Shown here: positions 13,891 through 24,675 of the stretch, in pieces
Numbering within the stretch: position 1 is the first letter of the stretch
Layout of the letters: each line of letters begins with the position of its first letter
DNA from: the human T2T-CHM13v2.0 reference genome, Homo sapiens
Assembly: GCF_009914755.1 (NCBI RefSeq)
Contig: NC_060935.1
Reading direction: 5' to 3' (one strand)
DNA length: 64,000 nt
Position numbers and translations under genes: made by a program
The notes under the pieces: generated by a model
Databases searched by the model: none
What the model was told of the DNA's origin: nothing
The model's input: only the letters and a program-made list of their open reading frames with translations

Positions 13891-15047
13891 CAAACCTGAC
13901 ACCTCCTCCAGAGGGAAGGCCACTCTTTGGCTCTGAGAGCACCTTAAGAGTGCAGAGACCAGGACTGGCTGGGTGACCTCAGATGGGTGCATTAGGGAAG
14001 AGCAAGGCGGCAACTTGGCCAGAGAGCTCATTTCCTCTGCAGAGTGCAATCTGTCATTGTCTTCTCTTTTGTCTTTTGATTTCTGATTCAGTGAACTTCA
14101 GGCCCGATTACATCTGTGCCAGTAAAAACAATGAGACATGCTGGGACGTGTGGGTGGGGTGGCAGAGAGAATCAAGAAAGTTGTTTGTCGGGTGCCACTG
14201 AAAACAAAGTTTGAGTCTAGCAACATTCCCACACTGATGGAAGAAAGAGGCCCACTGTCTCCCACAGGCTGGAGGTTTGGGTAAGCATATGTTGCCTCAG
14301 GAGTAAGAATGCATCAGGAGTGTCTGCCACTTTTTCAAATACCTGGACTGTGGGTCCTGAAAAGACACAAAGAAGAGAAGGGAGAGCAGTGTGTGCTGGA
14401 GTTTTAGGGGAGGGGCCCTCAGAGTGGCCTTGGCAGTGGCAGTAGCCTGCCATCCATATGAGCTGGGGGCAGTGGAGTCAGGAAGGCACATGGCCCTCTA
14501 CTTAGAGTACCTGGCCCCACAGGAAGAACGCTGTCATGGGACAGGTCAGGAACTTACGCGTGAGAACTCATAAATGGCTGGTCACTAAGATGAGCCTGGA
14601 ATCAGGGTCTCTGTTTTTTAGCAAGGGTTTTTTTTTACCCCAGAGCAGGGACTCTATAGGTACTTGCTGCATTGAGCTGATAAAGGCATCATAAAGGTTA
14701 GAAAGGAGACCCCTTCCCAGGGAGTCCGGAGGGCACAGCAATCCTGACCAGGGCCTGACTCAACTGCTCATGGCCCTGAGGCAGGAGGGGTTGGCCTTGC
14801 AGCCCTGACCCATCCCTGTGGGGTCCAGCATCAGTCCCTGGCTCCAACTGGGTTCGTTCATTCCTTTAGCAGGATGACCTGCCCTGTCAAATGACCTGCC
14901 CCTTCAGGGTGGGGTGACAGGAAGAAAGAGTTTGGCTTTGAGGATTGGCTGCACAGATTAGCTGAGTGACCATGGACAATCCCAAACCTTTCTGAGTCAG
15001 AGATGCCTCCACTAAACACGTAAGTATTCTAAATGGCCTTTAAGGTT

Positions 15048-15422
15048 TGTCTTAGTTTGGAGTACTGCTATATCAAAGACCATTGACTAAGGGGCTTAAA
15101 CAACAAACACTTTTTTTTTTTTATCATAGTTCCGAAGGCTGGGAAGCACAAGATCAAAGTTCCAGCAGATTCTATCTGGTGAGAGCTTTCTTCCTGGTTT
15201 GAGGGTAGCTGCCCTCCTGCTGTGTCTTCACACGGCAGAGAGCAGAGAGAGAGGAAGCTCTCTGGTGTCTCTTCTTATAAGGGCACTAATTCCATTCACG
15301 AGAACTCCACTTTCATGACCTAATCACTGCCCAAAGTCCTACCTCCTAATATCATCACTATATATATATATCAGATTTCAGTCTGTAGATATTGGGGGAT
15401 CACAAACATTCAGTCAATGGCA
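15048..15422 (-). mobile_element. MaLR solo LTR (MLT1A-like)
   Basis: TGTCTTAGTTTGG...GGCTGGGAAGCACAAGATCAAAG...CTCTTCTTATAAGGGCACTAAT...CACAAACATTCAGTCAATGGCA. Confidence 0.88.
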
Positions 15423-15489
15423 AGAATTCTTCTGAGGTTCTAGGACACATTACTGAGCAAGGAAGTAAAGTTAAAGAAGTTAAGAGCTA

Positions 15490-15625
15490 CATTTTTTCAT
15501 CTGTAAAATGGGAATAATAGGACCTATATGTCTTAAATTTATTGTAAAGATGAGATGAGATAATATAAGTGCCCAACATAGTGCCTGACCCAGTGTAAGC
15601 CTTATAAATAGTGGTTATTGTTGTC
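15490..15625 (+). mobile_element. MIR SINE, 3' part
   Basis: TTTCATCTGTAAAATGGGAATAATAG...ACATAGTGCCTGAC...ATAAATAGTGGTTATTG. Confidence 0.8.
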
Positions 15626-16689
15626 CCTTCAGAATTGAACGAAGCAGCGGATTAGGATGGGAGACATATAAAAGAAGTATGGAATATAGTCCCTGCCCTC
15701 ATGTTGCATGCAAATCAAAATGAGCACAGGTCCTTGGGTATAGACATCTCTTTCCAGGCTATGCTAAAATCAGCTGGCTTTCAAATAATTTTGTACAAGG
15801 CACGCCGTGTGTAAAATATGAGAACCAATGCTTGCCTTTGGGCTTACAGTGTCACCCAAGAGGAGGACACAACCAAACTGATACCACTGAGTGGCTAAAG
15901 AAATAAGAATAGAGTTCAGAGGAGGGAGGGGGCCAGGAGGACTTGAGCCAAGCACTCAGGATGAGTAAAAACTAGACACACCGAGAAGAGAGCTCAGCGA
16001 ACCACCTCCCGGGGACAGGTGGTAAGACTGTGGTCCCGCAACATGGAGAGGAGAACCTAGTCTAGCCTGGTTCATTTGTTCAATTGTTTATACAAGTCGT
16101 TGACGAAGGTGAGTGCTTTTTGACAAGCGCCACTATTAAACACTCAGTGAGGGTGGGGTGTAAAAATGAAAATGACATAGCCTTTGTCCTCAGGGGCATC
16201 TGCTTGAAAAGAGAAGTCAGACTCATACACAAGTGCCCTGCAAGGTGGAGAAGCACTCACAGAGACAAGTACAAACTGATGATGTACTTTGGAGGGAGTC
16301 ACTCTCTCTAACTTGTCCCAGTGGAGCAGGGAGCAGCGGGGGGTTTGGTCAGGGAATGGAAATGATAACTCACAGTTATTAAGTGTTTTCTATGTGCCCT
16401 AAGCCATCTCTCCATATTACCTCCTTTAATATGCATACCTGGGTAGGTGCTATCATTATCTCCATTTTACAGTTGAAGAAAAATTTTCAACAAGAATGGG
16501 GAAAATTGGTTCCCATATCTGGAAAGTCTAAGGTTAAAGCTGGTACAGTGGGGCAGAGGTTTCAAACAACACCGTCAGGGGATTTTCCCTTTCCTTGTCT
16601 GCTTTTTCTCTCTACTGCTGCGCTGCAGAGAGCCAGTGTTCCTGCTGCCTCCCTGTGTGGCTCCAAGAGAGCACCCAGTCCCCTGCCCT

Positions 16690-17230
16690 GCTAATACCAT
16701 TTGTGTGCCTGCCTAACCCGCAGCCAGGACTCACGTGGGTTGCACAGAGCCTGTTGAAGGCCCATTTGCTCAACACATAATGGGGATTAGAATTCATTAA
16801 TGCACTACAAATTAAAGTATTAATAACGGCCACAGAGTTTAAATGAGAGCCAGGGAAGGGAATCCGGCAAGGGGCCGCCCCGCCCGCATCTCCCACCTAG
16901 CTACATTGTTCCGGCACGGGCAATCCTGCGCTCTTTAATATGCTGTGACAGCCGCTGAAGTGACCCCAGACAATAAACAGGGCCTCCTAGTTAAGTATTA
17001 ATCTGTCAAAAGAATGACCTTCATCCACTAAAGAAGGGATGTTTTTAAAAACCTCGCAAGTGGAGGAAGGCTCATTTGCTCGCTCATTTAGCATATTAAA
17101 AGGGTATTATTGCTACAAACAAGAAATCTAAATGAGGCCTGGGCAGGAGCTGCGGATAACACTCCTGATTAAAGGTGCGGGGTAATGATGAACACAGGAG
17201 GCTGAATCCGTTATTGTTCACCAACATGGC
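16690..17230. promoter_or_regulatory. Candidate developmental enhancer (repeat-free, CpG-retaining)
   Basis: About 16 CpGs in ~500 bp. TCACGTG 16731-16737, GC box CCCCGCCC 16878-16885, CATTGTT 16904-16910, TGACAG 16946-16951, ATAAACA 16973-16979 and many TAAT cores. Function is inferred only. Confidence 0.45.
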
Positions 17231-18167
17231 AGGACCTGGTTGCTGGGACGATAAGAGCATTGAGCCCTGGCTGGGGCCAGGCTCTCTCCATCAGAGAGGA
17301 GTGGAACATGATGAGCCGTTGGGGGGGCACTGCCCACCTTCACCCTGGGACATGAGAGCTACAGGAGGGGTGTCTGAGGTGACATTCGAGGAAGGGAGCC
17401 CAGACAATTCAAACAATTCCCTAGAGTGACCACAGTCTCTGTTTGTGTCTCTCAACCTTTGACTTGTTTACTTCCAGCTTCTCACGTTTCTGTTGGTCAA
17501 TTCTGTAGACAGCCGTCCTTTCCCAAGAACCCAGGAAGTTCTCCCAGGGGCCAGCTCATGCTTAGTCTCAGGAGAAAGAGTTTGGCAGGGAGAGAAAGGA
17601 TAGACATGATTGGTTTCTTTTCTTCTGGGGATAATAGCAAGGTCCCAGATGTCAGAGGGGAGGCTGGGTTGAGAAATTAGGTGTCTCTAACCCGTGACAG
17701 TCTGTCTAGGGAGGGGGCTCTTGGCGAAGCCATGAGCAAAGAGAGAAGAGAAATATGATTGAGGGAAAGAAACAAAGAGATACAAACACAAAATTCCAAT
17801 GCAACAAATATCTGCGGGAAAAGGAGCTCTGCCATGTGTCTGATTCCACAGTAGATTACATGGGAGGAGAGGTAACCAAGAGGTAGATCTTTCCCTAGGG
17901 ACTTGCCCTGTATGCAGGGAGTCTGGGATGACTCATATGAAACCAAAAGGCATGAAATAAGGTTTGAAGAACAAGGAATATTTAATGATTGATAAGACGA
18001 AACAGTGGCAAAATTAGAGAATTTAAAAGGAGATTTGAATTATCCTAAGAGCTAATGGCACTTAAACATTTATCTCTGGACTGTTCGCTCCTTGAGGACA
18101 GTGACTTTGTTCGGTTCATCTCTATGTTCCCATTATCCAGAACAGTTCCTGACACACACAAGATGCT

Positions 18168-18562
18168 TGTGGTGGGGACAATGCTATTTGTTCTCCACAC
18201 TGCTCCCTCTTCCTGGGATAAAACATAGAAATATTTCTCAGCCTTGGAGCTCGCTTGGAGCTAAATTGGAAGCATATGACTAAGTTTTCACAAATGGAAA
18301 CATGAATAGATGTTTGGACCTTCTGGTCCAAGGTATGAAGGCATGGACCTCACCTATCTCTCTCTTCCCTTATTACAACAGCTTTGGCAAGTATGTAATG
18401 AGAGCAGACCATCACACCATAGAGGGAGCCTGGATCCCTGAGTCACTGGATGGAGGGTGATTCTGATTAACCTACATCAAAATTTTTAGTTTGTTACGTT
18501 GCATTACTGAGATTGAGAGCTTTACTTACTAAGGCAGTAAGAGTTATTTATCCTGATTAATA
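18168..18562 (+). mobile_element. Old MaLR LTR (MLT1J/K-like) inside an L2 3' end
   Basis: TGTGG start, GGAGCCTGGATCCCTGAGTCAC, end TATCCTGATTAATA. L2 3'-end sequence lies on both sides (~18070-18167 and 18565-18605). Confidence 0.6.
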
Positions 18563-18605
18563 AATGCAATGTATAATAAATGTTTGTTGAAATAATAAAT
18601 GAATA

Positions 18606-18750
18606 CTCTCATTTAATCCTCACAATAACTTCAAGATAGCTATTTTGATTTGACAGACAAGGAAAGGGATTCAGAGTTAAGAAACAATAGAGCCAGAAGT
18701 TAAATTTATGTCTTCAAATTCCTTGCTCTTTTTACTGTACTTGGCTGCCT
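18606..18750 (-). mobile_element. MIR SINE
   Basis: CTCATTTAATCCTCACAATAAC...ATTTGACAGACAAGGAAA. Confidence 0.7.
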
Positions 18751-20799
18751 TTCAAGAATATAGTCAGATATATATTTTATGTGAAATTTTACCAAAAGGT
18801 ACTCCAGGGAAATAGAGGTTAGGGACTTTCCAAATGAGAGGCTCCCCTGGTTACCATTGCTGTTGGAACAGGGTTGTCATCTTAGATGCAGGTAAGGCCT
18901 TCTGAATTTCAATATCACAGTGAAGAGCTCTGGCCAACTGTGTTCTCTCCTTGGCATAGGGGGTAGGATTTTTACTCCTCCATTTCCCAGCTCAGGAAAG
19001 AGAAGTCTCCTTCCTGGAAGCAAATGGTCAACATCAGGAGAGACAGACCCAGGCTGACTCTTGCATCTCACCTTCTAAAATAGACTTATCAACCACCCAA
19101 CAGCTTCCACAGCTCTGGAACCTGGCCTGCCTGAATTCAGGAAGTACAAAAATAGCTGAAGGCAAATACTAACAGCTAACTCACTGAGAATCCCCTCTTC
19201 CACCCTGCCATTGTCACAAAGAAGGCAGAGAGTGAAGAGGCTCGGGCCTCTGCTCCAGGCCAAGAAGAGGGGTCAGTACAGAGGGAGGAAGGGAGTTAGC
19301 TGCTGGACTGGGAAAAGAAAAAAAAATACCTCTGAGAAAAACTAGTAGGAATCAGCCATAATCGATAAGATTAGTTATCATAGAGAAATCCAGGAGGGAC
19401 TGGATTGTCCTCTGTCCTCATTCAGTGTCTCTCTCCCTAGCCCCCTGGGAGGGCTAGATGCTCAGTTCAGCTAGCAGAATAGACATTTATGGAGTTAAGA
19501 CCAAGTGCCAAGCACAGTGCCAGGTGCTAGGACACAGCACTGTCTCCTAGTAATATGAGTAATGTGAGTACTATGTCCTAGTAGATATGAGTAAGAAGGG
19601 TCAGGGACAGGAACAGGGTGAGTGTCAGATGAAGCACCCTGTAATCCTGAGAAAATATGACCACTCCCCAGGGTTGCTGCTAAACCACAGGGTGCCCTGG
19701 TGCAAAATAGAAAACAGGACTCCTACAGGAGTATCCAGCTCAATCTGTAGTGGACGCAGTGTTGCTCAGTGGCTCCCCTAGTGGCCAAATTCCCCCAAAA
19801 TGACTCTTCTATCTGTCTCCACTCTCCATCCTTCTCTTGAGTATCTCTTTTCTCTTGGGACCTGCAGTTCTGGGAAATGCAAATCCATGCAGCCCTAGAC
19901 ATTAGAGCTGGACAAATCCAGAGACTGTTGTCACACTAATTCCCCATTTTAAAGATGGAGAAGCTGAGACCCAGAGAAGGAGAAATGACCTGATAGAGGT
20001 CACATTTTCCCAGGAGGTCACATTTTCCTAGAAGAACCAAAGTGATGACTCATTTGTGCCCATTAACATTTAAGCCAGAAAATGTATTAAAGCCGTTGCA
20101 TAAATTAGTCAATAGATGGGTTAGTAGAAGTGGGTTAAGGAGGAAAGGCAATGTCTGCTCCGACTGGACTGAGTTTAGAACATGACACTCCTGTCTCCTC
20201 CCAGATTTAAGCCTATGCTCCACACCATTTCCTTCTCTTGATTCCAATTGCCCTCGAATTTTCACTTTTCAAGCAACCTGGACTCCTTTATGCAAAGACT
20301 ATAGGGAAATTGGAGCCTTCGAGAGCTCCCTTGGCTGAGAAATTAGTCAATAGAATTACCCTCTCTTACTGTATTTATCTCAACGAAAAGTCCTGCCAAT
20401 AGGGCTGTCAATGACAGACAAGATGAGTGTGAAGTAGTTGCAAGCTAGGGTCTTAATTGTGTGAGCTTCCCTTAAGGGACATGACATTCATCTCTGGAGC
20501 AATAAGCCTGGGTCATCTCCACCCTGCCACTGTTGGCTCTGTTCCCTTGCTGTTCCACACTCACACAGCAGACAGCCAGGGTGACAGCTCTTACATAGCT
20601 ATTCCCCGAGGGTTTCAGCCCAGTTCAATTGTCACCTCCAGGATGCTTTCCTTGATCCCCAGTCCAGTCCCCACACTCCCAAACGTGTGAACATCCCTCT
20701 TACAGTGCTCGCCACGTCACACTGCCACTCTGTGCCCATGCCTTTGTCCCCCATCAACTCTGAGAGTATGACTGGTAAGGCTAGACTAAGAGCTTCTGG

Positions 20800-20990
20800 A
20801 TAGCCAGTATATCCAGGTATTGTACCTGGGACTTCACCTGCAACATCACAACACTGAAGGATAGGCCTTATGATCCCATCTTCGTTTGAAGAAACTGAGG
20901 GTTCAGAGGAGTTAACTTTTCACAGCTGGCAAGGGCAGAACTAGGTTGGAGCACTGGTCTGTCTGACTCTATCATCCATGTTCCTACACA
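20800..20990 (-). mobile_element. MIR SINE
   Basis: GAAGAAACTGAGGGTTCAGAGGAGTTAA...CACAGCTGGCAAG...GGTCTGTCTGACTCT. Confidence 0.7.
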
Positions 20991-22399
20991 GAGAGTAATC
21001 TAACTTTGCTACCCCAGGATATCCTACTTATAAGCATCCACAGTTTGAGATTGTCAACACCATTTGTGGCCTTAGTGAAAATATCCCCTAATTTTCTGGG
21101 ATGCCCTAAACTCTCATATAACCTAGAATGGACTTGACTTTCTTTCTCAGTGACATCTACCTCTGCATATGGTCCCTCCTCTATCTTAAAAGCCCCACTC
21201 TCAGGTAAGCCACAGTATTGCTGCCTGGGCTGCCCCCAGCTGCTCAGCAGGATTGCACAGAGGACTTCTCTTAGATTCCAGGCCTTATTTCCTTAAAACT
21301 CTAGCCAATTTTACACAATGATGCCAAAGACAAGAACTGCCTTCAATAAACACCCAGGACAAAAATTCCTGCCATTATTTCTACAGATCAAATAGATGGT
21401 CTTACTTGCATGGCGCTAACAAGATCCCAGGCTTCAGCTTGCTGTTTCATATAATTTGCTGGTATCTTGATTTATCTACTTCTCTCTGATCACTTCATTA
21501 ATTCATTTACACTTTCACATTTTTTAAAAAGGAATTAAGACTCATGCTAAGTTTGGAATCATCTAGAAACTAACTCTGCTCACACTTTCTTCAGGCACCG
21601 GGAAGTCTGACCCCTTCCCTATGGAATTGCAAAAGCCAAGGGAGACATGCACACATCTGAGAAAAGGGGTAGAGCAAAAAGGAACAGGGTGAGGGAGGGG
21701 AGGAGGACAGAAGCTGGATAGGAAAGAGAAGAACATATGGAGTGAAGCTGCAAGTTGGAGGAATCCCAAAGGAGTGGCTGGAACAGTGGTCAGAGTGGTG
21801 AAAGTAAGAGAAAGAAGGCTCCTTGATGTCCTTCTAGCACTGGAGAAATACAAAAATAACAGGAGGCTGCAACCACAGGAGGCGTGAAGTCATGAATTTT
21901 GCCTGATGAATTTCCTTTTTTCTGAGTTGGGAATTCTGCTCTGTCCTTGAAAACACCTTCAATTCAAGATTGGAGTGCCATGGAAAAAAGGAGTCTAGGA
22001 GAAGTGGAGACAGTCTCAGTCCATTTGGAAAGGAATGCCAAGAGGCTTTAAATATATGTGAGGATATTCAAGGAAAGATAAGAAGCTCAGGAAGAACTTG
22101 AGGACTGGAAATGATGCAATTGCAAAATATCTACATTTTGCTAACAGACAGGACTGTTCCAGATGCCAAAAAAGAAGCAGTCTGCACAGGTGATGGATTT
22201 TTCCCCTGGATATGGGAATCTGTGTCACAATTAACCTCTTGATGAGAGATTCCTCTCAATTAAGTTTTAGTTGACAGGTGGTAAAACTTGGACAACTGGC
22301 AAGGATTGACTGACAACTGGAGAAGATGAAGCCATTAATCCTTTCTCTGCCTCCTGGTTTATCTTCCTACCTCCTCTCCAAATACGCTTAGCCTCTGAA

Positions 22400-22690
22400 T
22401 ACTCATTTCCAGTGTCTCATTTACAAAACTTTCCCTGACCTCTTTCCCTCTTCACCCACCTTCCATTTGGGTTGAGACCTCTCCTCTCCTCCACGCTATT
22501 GTAGCACACTGTGCACATTTGAAAATCAGCATTTAGCATATTGCATTGTAACTTCCCCTTCACCAGACTCTAAGTTCCTTACGGGTAGGAATTCTGGTTT
22601 ACTCCTATGCTTTGCCTTATTTTTTAGCATTGACTATTATATGGTAGAGGTGAAATAAATATTTCTGAATGAATGGATAAATGAATGCTC
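22400..22690 (+). mobile_element. L2 3' end
   Basis: CACCAGACTCTAAGTTCCTT...AATAAATATTTCTGAATGAATGGATAAATGAATG tail. Confidence 0.7.
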
Positions 22691-23602
22691 ACAGAACTTT
22701 GATTCTAATTCAATAGTTTTCCACCCTTGGCATTCTAATATGGGACTTTGAGGTGGCATAGGCATATTTAACGAAATTGAATTACCTGAGATAACACTAA
22801 ACCAGACACCAAAAAACTATTTTGCAGTCATCACTATGATACAAACCCATCTCACTGTCTCTATAAAAGTGTCCAAAGCCATTGCACTGCTCACTGCTTG
22901 AGTAGAATTATTTGCTATTAAGACCCCTCTGTTCAGAGGGGCAGTGGTCTCACTTATTCTGGTTAACATGTGCCCCCTCTTTGGTGACAGCCTGACTTCA
23001 CATTGCACCTCGTACCTGTTATTCACAGGAAGTCATGCCCCACTCTGCACTGTGTAAAAAACCTGTGCTGCTCAACATTGCATCTGCCAGGCATCACATT
23101 AATATTGAAAGAGACATTCATAAATCCCCCTTAGGGAATGAACCACCCATTTCACTGGTCCCCGGAGGATACACAGGCAAGGATGGGAAAAGTTGCCTTG
23201 TAATGGAGCAGGCAGAATTTCTCCAAAATTCGATGACAGTGTCCCTTGGGGCAAGAAAGGCAGCAACACTCTTGCTTGAATTCACTGAATTAACAAAAGG
23301 ATAGGTTTTTTTTCCATAGAAACCTTGCAAATGACTTTTCTACTTTCTGGTGAAGAACAAAGGAAATTACAAGGCCATCATTAATTCCCCACTAATATCC
23401 TTCTCAGAACCAAGGGGTAATTCTTTCAGGGAAGAAGTTAAGATATTATGAAGATCTACATGCTTGCTCTATGGCTCTGAGCATTGGGAATGCTTTTTGC
23501 CTGGGTGGCCACTTCAGAGAGGACCTAGGGAGTCCAAGGAGATGGCAGCTAGGGAGACAGAAAGATGATGCTGGATATTTAGATCAGCTACACCTTACAG
23601 GG

Positions 23603-24003
23603 TAACAAGGTTTGAATATATGTCTCCAACAAATCTCATGTTGAAATGTGATCCCATGTTGGACGTGGGGCTTGTGGGAGGTGTTTAGGTCATGGGGGCA
23701 GACCCCTCATGGTTTGGTGCTGTCCTCGTGTTAGTGAGTGAGTTCTGTCATGCAGTCTGGTTGTTGTGAAGTGTGGCACCTTTGCCCTACTCTCTTTCTT
23801 TCTCTGCTCTCATCACGTGATGTGCAAGCTGCCACGTCACCTTCTGCCATGAGTAAAGGCTCCTTGAGGCCTCCCCAGAAGCAGATGCTGGTGCTATGCT
23901 TCCTTTACAGCCTGCAGAACCATGAGACAATTAAACTTATTTTCTTTATAAATTACCTAGTATCAGGTATTTCTTTACAGCAATGCAAGAATGGCCTAAT
24001 ATG
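23603..24003 (+). mobile_element. MSTA-like MaLR solo LTR
   Basis: AAATCTCATGTTGAAATGTGATCCC...CAGCCTGCAGAACCATGAG...GCAATGCAAGAATGGCCTAATATG. 5 bp TSD CAGGG at 23598-23602 and 24004-24008. Confidence 0.92.
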
Positions 24004-24277
24004 CAGGGTAAAGATGAAAGGATTTTCAAGGTTTCCAGTCAGGCCACCCAAAACAGGAGAACAAAGGAGCATTAAGAAGAGGATCCCTAACTCAGAAAAA
24101 GCCATGGGTGTTAAATCCTGGTTGTAATGGCAGGCTACAGGGCAAGCTCCTGATCACTACTTCTGGGGCGCTGGCTGCATGATGAAACCCAACATCTGGG
24201 AACAGCCTACAGAAGACTACTTCAAGCAACTTACAGAGAGGAGGGAAGTCAGTATAGTGGAGCACAGTTCATGGGTA

Positions 24278-24425
24278 ATCTGCAGCTGATTCCCCTAGGT
24301 GGCTATTAAAAAGGTAGATTCTAGACACCGCCATGCACAGCTACTAGAGAATCACTGAGGGTATGGTCTGCATTTAACTAGCTCCCCAGGAGATACTTGT
24401 GCACACTGAAATTTGAAAGCCCATG
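24278..24425. mobile_element. MER5 (hAT-Charlie) fragment
   Basis: TCTGCATTTAACTAGCTCCCCAGGAGATACTTGTGCACACTGAAATTTGAAAGCC. Confidence 0.65.
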
Positions 24426-24675
24426 GTTTAGCATTTAAGAAGACACATTTTTTAGTAGGAAAGAGTGGGATTTTGATAGAAACTTACACCCACTGACTAT
24501 GTGACTCTGGGAAGTTGCTTAATCCCTCTGCTCCCGAGTTTCCTGTCTGGACACTAGAAATAACAACAATAATAATACCAATGTTTAGAGCGGTTGGGCA
24601 GAGGAGATAAAATAATGAATGTAAAGTGCTTAGCATAGTGCCTGACACATGGTAATAAGTGGTAACTGTTACATG
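24426..24675 (+). mobile_element. MIR SINE
   Basis: ACTATGTGACTCTGGGAAGTTGCTTAATCCCTCTG...ATGTAAAGTGCTTAGCATAGTGCCTGACACATGGTAA. Confidence 0.82.

Noticed and set aside
16860-16960. CpG island promoter
   Set aside because: The GC-rich core is only ~100 bp and the surrounding sequence is AT-rich. It is kept only as an enhancer candidate.
21900-22330. Possible L3/CR1 body fragments (also ~10180-10330, 10790-11050 and 17940-18050)
   Set aside because: The resemblance is too weak to call by eye and needs a profile-HMM search.
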